DNA of 64,000 nucleotides from Octopus vulgaris (GCA_951406725.2 OX597820.1:73842001-73906000); one strand, 5' to 3'; shown: positions 26,601 through 40,269, numbered from the stretch's first letter. Notes: generated from the sequence alone by a model not told the origin. Program-made: numbers and translations.

Positions 26601-26984
26601 AGTATACGTACATATATTCATACACAGTTAAATATACAAACACATGTGCGTGTGTATGAATGTGCGTGTGTATGAATGTGCGCGTGCGTAATGTCTTATT
26701 CAAGAGGAGAAAGTAACGTTCGTAACCCTTCACAGAACGGGACCCCCTAGACTGCCAGGGAACAGGAGGAAGTTATCCTCAAACCAGAGACCAAGTCTGA
26801 ATGCTTGCAACTAAGTGGATATAACTAAAGATACCCGATGTATGTATCAGGCAATGACGATAAACTGGGCAACCGATGAAAAACTATGAAAAGCAAAAAT
26901 GGCAACTTCAGCGACAACGAGAAACTCCAGTTGGGCCATTTCTTATTAAAACCAAAATTAATCGTTTCGTGATGGAGGTGCTAA

Positions 26985-27178
26985 TCTCCCCCTTTGTAAA
27001 CATAAGGACACAGGAAATATGTCAAGGTCGATAGGAAGCGGTGCTTCCTAGTTCTAAATAGCAGTAGTATTATTCCCTTTCATGGGACTGTCACATTAAG
27101 TTGACAACACACCAATACTTTATAGTGTTACTACTGTATAAATCTCTCTGAGAGATTTAGAAATGTATTATTTCTATA
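26985..27178 (+). mobile_element. Old copy of the PLE-like end sequence seen at 58074-58285
   Basis: CTCCCCCTTTGTAAACATAAGGACACAGGAAATATGTCAA..GGGACTGTCACATTAAGTTGAC..TCTCTCTGAGAGATTTAGAAAT. Confidence 0.65.
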
Positions 27179-27689
27179 AACAACACATGCGTCATGACTT
27201 TTGACATCATGACTATATCCGGTTTGTTATATTCAGGCGTCAGGAAGAACTCTACAAAAAAGTTCTCTACCCATACCAAAATCAAGTTTTGTCTCAAAAG
27301 CCACGATACAAATGTGGTTAAGTTTATCATGATACACAAGCATGATTGCATCTCATAACGAAAAAAAAGAGCGTGCATTGGGATGTTCGCCGAGCGTGTG
27401 GATTCTAAGAGGATTCTTCCACAGACATCAGTGTTTTCAGCTGTGTTGCACCACACCAGTTGGTACCTTTGGATGCAAAACTTTGACGTCTCTGGTTGAG
27501 ACTTGTGTGCGACTCGTATAAACTAAAGAAAAAAATCCAAAGTAACTGTTGAAACACACGAAGAAGGCCGGCGTCATCAAAACTGAAAATTGTGTAACTA
27601 AAGAAAAATTTAAACAAGAAATGAACAAAAAAGAACAATAAAAGAAAAAGAAAAAGCTTGGAAGGAAAAGAAAAGGTACAGTCAGTTTG

Positions 27690-28450
27690 CAAGAGATATG
27701 AACACCAAGACAGATACAGAGGATCGTTTGCAATGGATAAGGAGGAGTGACCTTAAGATAGAGACGGAAGTACTCATATGCGCAGCTCAGGAACAAGCGT
27801 TAAGGACCAATTAAAGGAAGTGCAGAATAGACAACACTACTGATAGTAATTAATGCAGAATGTGTGGTGAGAAGGGTGAAACGGTATGGCTCATCGTTAG
27901 TGAATGCCCGAATACAAAAGACGCCATGACAATGTAGCAAGAATGATCCATTGGGAGCTCTGTGGAAATCAGAGCAAAGACGTAGTATGAGCAAACTCCA
28001 GAAGAAGTAATCGAAAATGAGAATTGCAAAATCTTGTGGGATGCAATGATCCAGTGCGATCACTCAACCAGATATCGGAAACCGGACATTGTTGTGGTGA
28101 ATAAAAAAACACATGTATGATAATCGACATAGCATGCCCCGGTAAAAACAGCATCAATTTGAAAGAAGAAGAAAAAATAAACAACTATGATGATTTAAAG
28201 TGGGGAAATACGAAGGTTGTGGTCAATAAAGAGGGTAGACGCAATCCCAGTAGTTATTGGTGCACTTGGAAATATCAGCACTCAACTACCAGCATTACTG
28301 AATATAGAACAACTACGAAAATCAGCATTGCTTGGAACTGCAAGAATTCTTTGCAGGGTTCTTGAAGCACGACCAGTAAACAAGTGTCACCTTAGTCTAC
28401 TGGCTGTGGGCAACTGACACTTTCCATCTTCTTCAGCAAAATAAGCTGTG
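27690..28450 (+). mobile_element. R4/Dong-like non-LTR retrotransposon 3' part (CCHC + RLE), pseudogenised
   Basis: ETEVLICAAQEQALRTN..CRMCGEKGETV..SECP..RRHDNVA..IHWELC..KILWD..IQCD..KPDIVV..IIDIACP..EEEKINNYDDL..PVVIGALG..ALLGTARIL; followed by (AAT)n. Confidence 0.85.
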
Positions 28451-28457
28451 AATTTTC

Positions 28458-28517
<60 letters not shown>

Positions 28518-28537
28518 TGATGATGATGATAACGATG

Positions 28538-28588
<51 letters not shown>

Positions 28589-28596
28589 TTAATAAT

Positions 28597-28677
<81 letters not shown>
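28458..28677. repeat. (AAT)n microsatellite
   Basis: Directly visible. Confidence 0.95.
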
Positions 28678-28678
<1 letters not shown>

Positions 28679-29227
28679 CCCTGATGAAGTACCAGCAAGT
28701 GGTTCTCGTGATCTTAACTGATTGGAAGTGTTATCATGTACATTGTTTTGTCTTGGTATAAAAGATGGGCTACAGCAAATAGTCTGCTCAATACCACAGA
28801 TTTGCCTGTCAGTTGTTTGACCGTAACCAGTTGAGCATGTCCCTTATTAGCTGACGATATGTGCATCTCTGATCACAAGCAGAAGTCTTGGGAGAGCATC
28901 ATAGCCATGTGTTGAGAGGAATTCTTTGGGGTTTGAATAATTCACCTCTGGAAACATGGGTGTTTCCTTGAACATCCTTAAACAACCCTTATTCAGGGAC
29001 CTTTTGAGCGGGATGGGTTACTTGACCAGAAGAAAATTCTAACTGGGCCCCACCTGCAAGGTCATGTGCTGTTTATCTTGATATGAGATCACCATGCCGC
29101 GCACATATGATTGTGATGTATGTGTCTGGTGTACCCTTATCAGATGGGTAGTCATGATGAGTATACTGGGCTTCGTATATTTTACCCCAGTGTCACTTTG
29201 ATGGCATGCACTGCTCTCTCACACAAT
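28678..29227 (+). mobile_element. ~550-bp non-coding interspersed repeat embedded in (AAT)n
   Basis: High-identity reverse-complement copy at 52438-52972; both flanked by AAT/TTA runs. Confidence 0.8.
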
Positions 29228-29228
29228 A

Positions 29229-29299
<71 letters not shown>

Positions 29300-29304
29300 T
29301 ATTT

Positions 29305-29535
29305 ATTTCTTTACTACCCACAAGGGGCTAAACACAGAGGGGACAAACAAGGACAGACAAAGGGATTAAGTCGATTACATCGACCCCAGTGCGTAACTGG
29401 TACTTAATTTATCGACCCCGAAAGGATGAAAGGCAAAGTCGACCTCGGCGGAATTTGAACCTGGAAGGTAACGACAGACGAAATACGGCTAAGCAATTCG
29501 CCCGGCGTGCTAACGTTTCTGCCAGTTCGCCGCCG
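29305..29535 (-). mobile_element. SINE family B monomer
   Basis: Matches head, core and tail of family B. Confidence 0.85.
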
Positions 29536-30216
29536 TAATAATAAATAATATTGTACTACATCAGATGTTATACGGGTTCAATTGCTTCCTTGTTCTTGTT
29601 AATGTTTCATTGAGGGCGTCTCATAACTAATTCTACTAAATATCAGATGTCATCGTGGCCCACTCAAAAGAATTTTATTGGCATACTTCCGGAACATTTA
29701 TGGTCCATCTTGTGTGTGACCGCTTTAAAGTATATTTAAAAGGAACAAGAACGTGATTTGCTAAGAGGTGTATTTTGTTTTCCAATCTATGAGTGGGTTG
29801 GATAAATAAACATTTATAAATAAATGAATGTGGTCACATTCAAAGCACGTGGTATATTATTTCTTTTGGTTCAATACACGATTCATTGCCATTATCAACA
29901 CCGTCATACATCTGCTTATATCAAAAGGATGTCACTGTGGCGTGCACATATTTTTGTATAAGCATGTATACATCAGAGTGTAAACATCTCTTTACGCTTA
30001 TATATGGCAACATAATTACATATGTGTGTGTATATTTATGTCCGTAGGTCTTGGCCTGTGTATATATGTATAATTATACATACATAATATATATATATAT
30101 GTGTGTGTGTGTATAGATATATGTTGTATTATTACATACGCACATTACTCGCACACATATGCACATACACAAACATGCACACACACACATATATATATAT
30201 GTATTTATGTTTGTAC

Positions 30217-30254
<38 letters not shown>

Positions 30255-30312
30255 ATACAAACATGCATTCATGCATATATATGTATGTATGTATACACAT
30301 ACACATACAAGG

Positions 30313-30356
<44 letters not shown>

Positions 30357-30672
30357 AAACATGATTGTATTTCTGTGTGTGTTTTCTCATGGAACTGTGA
30401 AACCAAAATCTTGTAAATGTACAATGTTTTTCTTTCCATTTTATTTTATTATTTTTTTCGTTCCCATTTACGAGAAGAAGTTGATTGTATACAGAAAATG
30501 AAAACACCTTCCCCCAACGCTCCAAATATTGGGCTTCAATATATTAATAGTTGAACTTGGCATTCCCTTCCACCTCTAGTTCTACTGAATTTACGCCCTG
30601 TTCTCCAACAGAAGAGTAGATCACATATCAGCGGTAACCCATCTCCATTACAAAGGCAACATTTTCCAGCAG

Positions 30673-30727
<55 letters not shown>

Positions 30728-30728
30728 T

Positions 30729-30782
<54 letters not shown>

Positions 30783-30806
30783 TGCAGGCAGCCGCTTATA
30801 GCCACT

Positions 30807-30962
30807 GGAGTGGCTGTGTGGTAAGAACCTTGCTTTCCAACCACATGGTTCCGGGTTCAGTCCCACTGCGTCGAACCTTGGGTAAATGTCTCCTACTAAT
30901 AGTCTGGAAAGACCAAAGCCTTGAGAGTGGATTTGGTAGACGGAAACTGAAAGAAGCCTGTC

Positions 30963-31008
<46 letters not shown>

Positions 31009-31159
31009 TATGTGTGGTAAGTAGCTTGCTAACCAACCACATGGTTCCGGGTTCAGTCCCACTGCGTAGCATCTTGGGCAAGTGTCTTCTGCTATAGCCC
31101 CGGGCCGACCAATGCCTTGTGAGTGGATTTGGTAGACGGAAACTGAAAGAAGCCTGTCG

Positions 31160-31232
<73 letters not shown>

Positions 31233-31450
31233 TTGTGTGTCTGTGTTTGTCCCCCTAGCATTGCTTGACAACCGATGCTGGTGTGTTTACGTCCCCGTCA
31301 CCTAGCGGTTCGGCAAAAGAGACCGATAGAATAAGTACTGGGCTTACAAAGAATAAGTCCCGGGGTCGATTTGTTCGACTAAAGGCGGTGCTCCAGCATG
31401 GCCGCAGTCAAATGACTGAAACACGTAAAAGAGTAAAAGAGAGTAAAGAG
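30807..31450 (+). mobile_element. Two SINE family A copies (5' half, then near full length)
   Basis: Heads at ~30807 and ~31011, tail at ~31380-31450. Confidence 0.85.
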
Positions 31451-31702
31451 TATATATATATATATACATATATATAAGCGAGAAGTTGAGGTTATAAGAG
31501 ATAATGGTGTCATTGAGACCCAAAGGTGTCAGGTAATGCTGAATAAGTGCTATAGACAGACCATAGTTAGGTTCCAGATTCGGTAATATTGCGAATAAAG
31601 GGTTCAATGTTGGTTCTATGTCAGCATGTGTATATAAGAATTTTTTCCGTAATAGGATAAAAACCAAGGCTGTATAGATATTAGAGCATTTATAAATAGA
31701 AG

Positions 31703-31750
31703 GTCTTACAGCTGTTTCTAGGATATTAATAATATCCTTTCATCGGAGAC
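31703..31750 (-). ncRNA. Minimal type I hammerhead motif (CCGAUGA core variant) in PLE-like segment ~31478-31975
   Basis: Minus strand: GTCT-CCGATGA-aAGGATATTA.TAATATCCTa-GAAAC-AGCT-GTA-AGAC. Confidence 0.7.
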
Positions 31751-32525
31751 GGTGTGTGAGGAAAAATTAAGTCATAGTTAGTTTCGATGTGATACAAAAT
31801 AGAGAGTGAGGTGGAGGGAAGAAATCGATGTAAGATATGTATGGGTATTGAATTTGTAAATCCGTTTTATAAGCATAATGGTTCATATGCAATATTCCGA
31901 TATCCTATGAGTAAAGTCCAAAAGTCCAACAGAGTTTAATATGAATCCTTCCAAATATAGAGTTCATAAGTAATGTTAGATTCCCTTCCCATATAAGGGA
32001 ATCTTACATTGCTTATGTTTATGTCCTCGTAACTTAGCGGTTCGGCAAAGGAGACCGATAGAAAACGTACTAGGCTTACAAAGTATATGTCCGTGGTCGA
32101 CTTGTTCGAATAAAAGGTGGTGCTCCAGCATGGCTGCAGTCAAATGACTGAAACAAGTAAAAGAATAAAAGAATACATATATATTAAGGCGCAGACATGT
32201 CTGTGTAATGAGAAGCTTGCTTTGCAGCCATATAGTTTCGAGTTCAGCCCCACAGCGCGGCATCTTGGTCAAGCGTCTTCTATTATAATCCCGGGTTGGA
32301 TAATGCTTTGTGAACGAATTTAGTACAATGTAACACAGTGGAACTTTGTGATATGTATATATATTATTCAAAGAAATTCCAATCTGGTTTTTATGTTTTA
32401 TTTATACTCTTTATAATATTAATGTAGAATATGAATATATAGTATAAATAATATATATATAGTAAAATGAAATGAAGTATTGATTGTCTTATTGAATAGA
32501 TGAAATGTTGAATATAAAATATTAG

Positions 32526-32569
32526 GGGACTAGTATACTTTCATGCGTTATAGCAGTCTTCAAGGTCCC
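32526..32569 (-). ncRNA. Minimal type I hammerhead motif (CUUGAAGA variant)
   Basis: Minus strand: GGGAC-CTTGAAGA-cTGC-tataac-GCAt-GAAAG-TATA-CTA-GTCCC. Confidence 0.65.
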
Positions 32570-32592
32570 AGGTTGTGACAGGAGTGTTGCAA

Positions 32593-32642
<50 letters not shown>

Positions 32643-32669
32643 CATACGTGTATATATATTCTCTTATTC

Positions 32670-32865
32670 TCTTGTTTCAGTCATTTGACTGCAGCCACGC
32701 TGGAACACAACCTTCAAGAGTGTTAGTCGAACAAATCAACCACAGGACTTATTCTTTGTAAGCCTAGTACTTATTCTATCGGTAACGTTTGTCGAACCGC
32801 TAAGTTACGGAGACGTAAACACACCAGCATCGGTTGTCAAGTGATAGTATGGGTACAAACACACA
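32670..32865 (-). mobile_element. SINE family A, 3' half
   Basis: TTGTTTCAGTCATTTGACTGC..ACTTATTCTTTGTAAGCCTAGTAC. Confidence 0.75.
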
Positions 32866-32950
32866 CTTTCCCAATGAAACTCGGTTTTTTCTCAAACTTT
32901 TCCTCAAACCTGTTATAATGTGATACATGTATTTGGTGTGGTAATTGTAC

Positions 32951-33045
32951 GCGGCTGAAGAAGGCTTTTGATATATCTGTTATATATCAATTATGCATTG
33001 ATATAAGAATAAGTTGTTCAATAAAGCCTGAAACATATGTACCGC
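32951..33045 (+). ncRNA. Type I hammerhead ribozyme with intact core and enlarged stem II
   Basis: GCGG-CTGAAGA-AGGCTTT..(54 nt)..AAAGCCT-GAAAC-ATAT-GTA-CCGC. Confidence 0.8.
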
Positions 33046-33188
33046 AAAATCCTTTGCGTCCTGTTTTTCATTTACTTCATTTGATACATATATATATATA
33101 TATATACATACATATATGTAGAAGACTGAATCCAGAACCATGTGGTTCGTGAGCAAGCTACTTACCACACAGCCACTCCTACGCGTAT

Positions 33189-33261
<73 letters not shown>

Positions 33262-33421
33262 TATAGAAATTAAATATAAAATATAAATTACGAAGTGGGA
33301 CAAGAACGCAAAAACACACAAGGAGACGACACAAAAAAACAGACGGGTCACTCGAAGCCTCTAATCTTCAGTCGGGAACCGGATCATCTTAGTAATTTCG
33401 GCTATATATATATATATATAT

Positions 33422-33980
33422 AAACAATTACAGCGTGGAAGATGTTTGTAAGCCATTCAAGAATACTCAAAATCCGTTAGTTTCACTTCAACATTTACTT
33501 TTCATTTGTGTCAAAATATATTCTTCGTCGCTTTGAAACCGCGACCTGTTCACTGGCAAAACTTGGCACTGCATCTGAGAGAATAGCACTTAGCTCATGA
33601 TATATATGTGTTTATGTACCATGAACTAACTGTTACTTTCTGAGATGCAGCGCCAAGTTTTGTCAGTGAACAGGTCGCGGTTTCGAAGCGACGAAGAAAA
33701 TATTTTGACACAAATGGAAAGTAAATGTTGAAGTGAAACAAACGGCTTTTGTGTTTTCTTGAATGGCTCACAAATATCTTCCACGCTGCAATTGTTTTTG
33801 TTTCAGCACACGATCTCAGATCAAGTCACTTGCTATGCAAGTACATCTCCACTTGTTACTGTTATTCGTCTCTAGCTGGCTATACGACGCGCTATCTGCG
33901 TCCTTATATTTTCGAACAAGGGAGTTTAGCGTCCGCAACCAGTTCTAAGCAATATCTGCGTACCAATGATTTCTGGGTTA
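33422..33980. mobile_element. PLE-like end with ~178-bp inverted arms (33422-33599 / 33620-33797)
   Basis: Imperfect long palindrome in (TA)n; downstream TCGTCTCTAGCTGGCTATACGACGCGCTATCTGCGTCCTTATA is related to 50370-50415 and 57920-57965. Confidence 0.75.
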
Positions 33981-33991
33981 TACATATATAG

Positions 33992-34070
<79 letters not shown>

Positions 34071-34139
34071 CACATATATATAGTTGGCCACAGACTAATG
34101 ACTGAAACAAGAAAATGATATAAGATAAAAGATACTATT

Positions 34140-34460
34140 GAAGCAAGGCGAGATATGATTATCGAGGACGAAATAAGCAGAGTAAGATCATCGACTTCGA
34201 AATTGAGAAAACAGAAAAATATCAGGAATTAGCCAGGGAGCTGAGGAACTGTGGAAAACTAAAATGACAATTATTCCAGCAAAAAATTTATCTACTCGGC
34301 ACAACACTCAAACTACCTACACAAGAAGCTGAAGGATATTGGAATTGAGAATAGAACTGTCGATCTCGATGAAAGTCCAATTTGCATTCTGTAAGAATCC
34401 TAAGGAGGATTCTTGAGATTTGTGGGAATTTGTTGTCACCAAATTTCAAGACAACATCCC
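34140..34460 (+). mobile_element. R4/Dong-like RLE 3' fragment
   Basis: EARRDMII..KIIDF..EIEKTEKYQELARELR..RILRRILE. Confidence 0.6.
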
Positions 34461-34540
34461 TGCTAAATAATATAGCATGTAATAAAAAAAAAAAGGTTTT
34501 CTATTATCGGCACAAGTCCTGAAATTTTGGGTAGGTTAGA

Positions 34541-34826
34541 ACTTCTGATGTGACGTACCGGCAGTTTTGTTTCTAATGTGTCAGGGACCGGTAATATTTC
34601 TTAGTAATATTAATTTATACCGGAAACAAATATATACAATGAATATAATAAAAGTTGACAATTTTTTTGTCATATATTTATTTTGTAAACAAATAATACA
34701 ATATTACATAAGCATTTTGTAAGCATTTTATAATGTTTCTTTCTTTTCTGGAACCTCGCTGCGTTCCAGCAGCTGATGGCTCGCGGACCGGCACCGGCCC
34801 GCGGACCACCGCTTGGAGAAGCACTG
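34541..34826. mobile_element. hAT-like element (one end lost) nested in a family B SINE (~34497-34990)
   Basis: Terminus GCGGACCACCGCTTGGAGAAGCACTG; GGTTAGA on both sides; SINE halves flank it. Confidence 0.6.
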
Positions 34827-35064
34827 GGTTAGACGATTGCATCAACCCCAGTGTTTGACTTATGTATCGACACTGAAAGGATGAATGGCAAAGTCAACTT
34901 CAGTGGCACTTCAAGTCAGAACGTAAAGATCTGAAAGAAGCACCGCTAAGCATTTTCTCCGGTGTGGGGACAATTCTGCCAGCTCGTCAAAGTAATAACG
35001 ATCGGGGTGAGTGTAGTAATAATAAAAAAAGACGCTAGTAGAAACTGGTACGTGATAAAGGTCA

Positions 35065-35276
35065 TAATCCTTTCTACTAAAGGCCTAAAATTTAGAGGGC
35101 AGGGATAAGTCGATTTCATCAACCCCAGTGTTTCACTGGTACTTAATTTATTGGCTCCAAAAGGATGACAGGCAAAGTCTACCTAGGCAGAATTTGAACT
35201 CAAAACGTAACAGCAGACGAAAGGCAGCTAAGCATTTCGCCTGGCGTGCTAACAGTTCTGCCAGCTCACCGCCTTG
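35065..35276 (-). mobile_element. SINE family B
   Basis: Matches family B. Confidence 0.75.
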
Positions 35277-35866
35277 GTAATGGTCATGATGACTGAATAA
35301 TGCAAATGTGAATAAAAAAAAAAAATACAGTGAAAAAATTATAGTAACACAGTAATAAAAATAAATAAATGTCAGAAGAGCATACATTTCACATAGTTTA
35401 TATATTAGTTGTGCTCAACAGCTGTTTCGTTAAGATACGAACCATCAAATGAATCACATTATTGAGGTACATTATTAAATGAGTTGAATACAATTAATGT
35501 ATGACAGATTTGTCTGTGTGTGAATGTTAATGTGTGCGCATGTATATATATATATATATTTTTATGTATGTACATATTTGAATGAACGTATGTATGAGAA
35601 CACATACACACACACACACACAAACGCACGCACACACGCATAATGTATATTAATGTAGACACAAAATTTTGAATTCTTCCCTCCTTTTCTCTGACTTTCT
35701 TCCTCCCTCTTTGCGTGTAGATATGTGTGAGTGTGTATGCATACATACACATACATACATACGTACGCACGCACACCATATACACAAACAATAACAATAA
35801 TTCTTTATCATGATGTTTACTCAAAAAATGCACCATTTGAGGATTATTTCAGACACTAAAGCTTGT

Positions 35867-35944
<78 letters not shown>

Positions 35945-36612
35945 CATGCATGAACAAAACTAATTCTGTGTTCAACACATTAAATATGTTAATACGAATG
36001 CAGTTGCTAAATGTCTGTGTAACTGTATATAAATTTCTATTTTTCAACGACAGCCATTGTTGCACCCATGTGATTCTCTCCGGCGACGGCCGTTAATAGA
36101 ATGAAAGAGAAAGAAGAAAAGCGTAAGAAATTACTTGATCTTAGTAAATAAATCTGTAGGCATTCACCTTAGGTTTTGTATGACCAAATGGTTTAGCGGT
36201 TCGTTTTGCAAGCCTTGGGTTCCATCAACTTGCATGGCATTTTGAATAAATATCTCTATTTTGTGAGGGAAACTGGGTTGATAGAATCTGAACGGAAGCC
36301 CGTTGGGTTGATTGTACTTGACTTTATAAAGTACAGCTTTGTTACACACTTATTCAGCCTTACAGTTACAGTGAAAGTACAGTCACTTACACGTTTACTC
36401 GGGAACAGGAAATTAATTTATTCCATCTGAATCCTCATCGGTAAACGATGAAGATTCCTTAAACTTTCCGTTGAAGAATATTGCGCGTTGCATTTGGTGG
36501 AAATTCATAACGTGTTAAGGCTGATATCAGATTCTAAAATGTTATCATTTTCGCCCGTGTCACCACAATACGTGACAGATTTGAGCGCCATTTCATTTCT
36601 CCGCGCACATTT

Positions 36613-36665
<53 letters not shown>

Positions 36666-37253
36666 AGAAAAAGAGCTCAAAATAAATCGAGATCAAAATT
36701 TTAATTTGATCGAAATTAAAATTCCACACACACACACACAAACATCAATTTATATCATTTAATATATCACAAATGATTTATTTGGATATATTTTGTTTGA
36801 GTTATCGAATATAAAGGGAGTAAATCTAGTACTTGATCTCTGATATGCATACGAGCTGAAGTACTGGAATCACGCCAGGGTCACCAATGTAGAGTTACGA
36901 AACCATTACATGACAGAAACAAAACGATGATGCGCTATAACTCTCCCAGTTGGAGTGAAAATAGCTGGTTGTTTTGTAGCTGATCAAGCAGACATTCTCA
37001 GAACATTTTAGTTGACTGTGACCTTTCCGCCTAATTGTACGTCTATGGAATACTTTGAACAGCGTGTCTTTCATGTTCTAAGACAATAAAATGTGATTTT
37101 AGGGAAATTTACTGGCTATCTCTAGCAGATCGTTCAGCTATGTGGAAGCTCCTTCGAAGGTTAGTGAGGTAACACGCTGTTCTTTATTTCTATTACAAGC
37201 ACTGAATCCATTCTATGTGTCACAACCAATGGCAATTTATTATATTCGTTATA

Positions 37254-37485
37254 TAGGGTGTTCAAAAAGTTTCACCGCAGTAAGTATTGCAAAATAAACA
37301 TTTATAAGATGGTATAAAGACTACAAAGTAATATATTAGACTTTACAAGACTTTAAAATACTTTATAAGGGGTGTTGAAAGTGTCACCATTCATTTTCGA
37401 TACATAAGTTGACTCTTCTACACATATTTTTGAAATATATCTTGGAGAAAAAAAATTACTGTGGATAGACTTTTTGAACACTCTG
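37254..37485. mobile_element. Tc1/mariner-type MITE
   Basis: TA|TAGGGTGTTCAAAAAGT ... ACTTTTTGAACACTCTG|TA. Confidence 0.75.
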
Positions 37486-38079
37486 TACTGGCGACGAGTG
37501 CAAGTTCTGCCATACAGAGACGTTCTGTCTTGACATAGATTTTCTACATATAAATTAGTCTTTGTTTTTAGTTTAAAGAGTTCAACAGATAAATACTAAT
37601 TATACTAGTTATAGGGAAGCAGTTTTGATTTAGTTACTCTTGTTTTACATAATTTATTGTAGAAAACGGGAACATATTATAATAATAAATCATTTTTATA
37701 TGTTTACGATTTTACAGATTGGTTTAAGAGAAGAGAAGCAATATGATGTTAACCGCTAAGTTGATGTTTGGTTGAATCGACTGAGCGCAGGAAAAATGTA
37801 TGCGTGTGCATATATATACGCTATAGTAAGGCAGCTAAGAAAATAGAATTTATATATTATCAAGGTATGCTAATTAGGTAGTATATTTATTTGAGAAGAT
37901 TTGAAAAGTTTTGCGATATAAATGTGAGCAGCGATAATTAATTCATTACGTATATCCGATAGGTCCCCTCGTGGTTCAAATTATATCTAATATTCCCGCC
38001 ATTATATGGAAGGACACAAACTACTAGAAACCACTGAAGAGTATATATATATATATATATCTATACAATTATATGTTAT

Positions 38080-38180
<101 letters not shown>

Positions 38181-38356
38181 CATAGTGAAAGGCTTCGTTG
38201 GGAAGATTTCCCCCCCCCCCCACGTGGCAAGTTGTAGTGAAAATATTAGAAGGAAAAATGCACAGAATGTATATATTTTTTTATGAGATAAATATTACAA
38301 TTTCATAGTGCCGTAAGAAATTTTTAATCCATCTTAGTAAAAGGAAAGTTGTTTTG

Positions 38357-38436
<80 letters not shown>

Positions 38437-38442
38437 CACACA

Positions 38443-38520
<78 letters not shown>

Positions 38521-38531
38521 TATTATTATTA

Positions 38532-40265
38532 TGTTTTTCCTTCTTTCTTCAAATTTACTTCCGTTTCTCGGCGGGTGTTTTCCATACACCTAGGGCAGAG
38601 AAGCTCATTGTATGCATTCCCAGATTACACACGCAAATTCACAGATAGAATATGTATTTAGAAATTAATAAATAAATAAATTCATGGATGGATGTTGTTT
38701 TCACAGCAATAATGCTCTTCTCAGTACATGAGCCGTTCCAGTTAAAACGATTTTTTGCACTTCCTGTAGGGATGGTAAGCCAGGAATAATTTTCAAATAG
38801 GTTTCAGTACCAATTTTTTATCATTCCTAGAGATCCTACAACATTTTAAAAAATTCTATTAGCAGGTCTTTATATTTACTAATCTTGTCAAATTCTTTCG
38901 CCGCTATATTGTGATCGCAAGGGCTACTCATGTCAATTAATAAACACATCTTTTTTGTCTGATCTTTTATAATAATATCCGATTTATTAGCTTTTATAGT
39001 CTTGTCGGTCTGTACGGGGAAGTTCCATAGAATCGACACATTTTCTCCCTCAGTCACAGCTTCAGGATGGTGTTTACACCATTTGTCAGCGGTTTTGATT
39101 TTATAATACCGACATATTGTCCAATGTAAATACTGGCCGACTCTGTCATGTCTTGCTTTATATTCTGCAGGTGCTAAGACTCTACACCCTGAGATTAGGT
39201 GGTCTATTGTTTCGATCTCATCGTTACAGAATCGGCATTTTGGGTCAGTTCCATTTTTTTATCACATTGGCTTGGTAGTTCCGGGTTAATAAGCTTTGGT
39301 CTTGAGCAGCTAATATGAAACCTTCACTCCCTGCTTTTAGCCCTGAGCTTCGTAACCATTAGTGCGTGTGTTTCTGGTCTACATCAGCTTGTTTGCTACG
39401 GGCCACATATTTGCCATGGAGAGGTTCTGTTCTCATCTGCTAGCTAAATTTTCATGTGCTTTTGTCTTTGCAATTAATTTTACTTTCGTTGCAGCTGCAG
39501 TTGGCGCATTTCCTTCAGCCTGATCAATCTGGTGGGTATCTAAGAGATCAGCAGCGAATTTTTTGCTCTCTTTGAGAATAGAGTAAAGTTTTTTCGGTCT
39601 TTCAGGTTTTTCAACAAGTTTTAGCATCCAATCATTGGTTGCTTCAAGGTATTTGGCCAGTCCGATTGTGGTGGTTTTGTATGTAAGTTCAAGCTGGATC
39701 AAACCTGGACCTCCCTGAGCTCTGGGAAGGTAAAGGCGATCCACGTCTGCCTTTGGATGGTGCATCTTATTACAAGTCAGTAGCTTGCGGATCTTTCTGT
39801 CAATTTTCATTATTTCACTGGTATTCCAGTTAAGCACATTGAAGCTATAAAGAACAACTGGTACTGCTAAGGAATTTATGGCTAACACCTTATTGTGTGC
39901 ATTCAGCTCAGACTTCAGGACTGCTCAAACTCTTCTATAACATTCCTTCTTAAACTTCTCTTTCATGCTTGCATGCTGGATACCAGAGCCTTCATTTATT
40001 CCTAGGTATTTATAGGTTTGTATCTGCTCAAGTTCCTTTATTACTGTTTCGACATCTAATTCGATCGTACTAGACTTTACCAAGTTCCCTTTCTTAAAAG
40101 TGACTTTGGCACACTTTTCAAGGCCAAACTCTATCCCGATATCATCACTGAATCCTTTCACAGCATGTAATAATCCGTCAAGCTCTTCATCATTTTTGCC
40201 ATATAGCTTTAAATTATCCATATAAAATAGATGGCTTATTTTCCTGTTGTCAATTTTGTAGCTAT
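38532..40265 (-). mobile_element. R4/Dong-like non-LTR retrotransposon, 5'-truncated and pseudogenised (RT + CCHC + RLE + 3'UTR)
   Basis: HLFYMDNLKLY..DDIGIEFGLEKCA..YKYLG; AINSLAVPVVLYSF..HHPKADVDRLYLPRAQGG; ILWNFPVQTD..DIII..LLIDMSSP..EFDKISKYKDL; 3' end runs into (AAT)n. Confidence 0.9.
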
Positions 40266-40269
40266 ATCA

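Noticed and set aside
28681-28700. CTGATGA hammerhead core
   Set aside because: No stem II or GAAA partner downstream.
36505-36620. First exon MALKSVTYCGDTGEND.. on the minus strand
   Set aside because: Stops after 28 codons, with no clear donor or homology.
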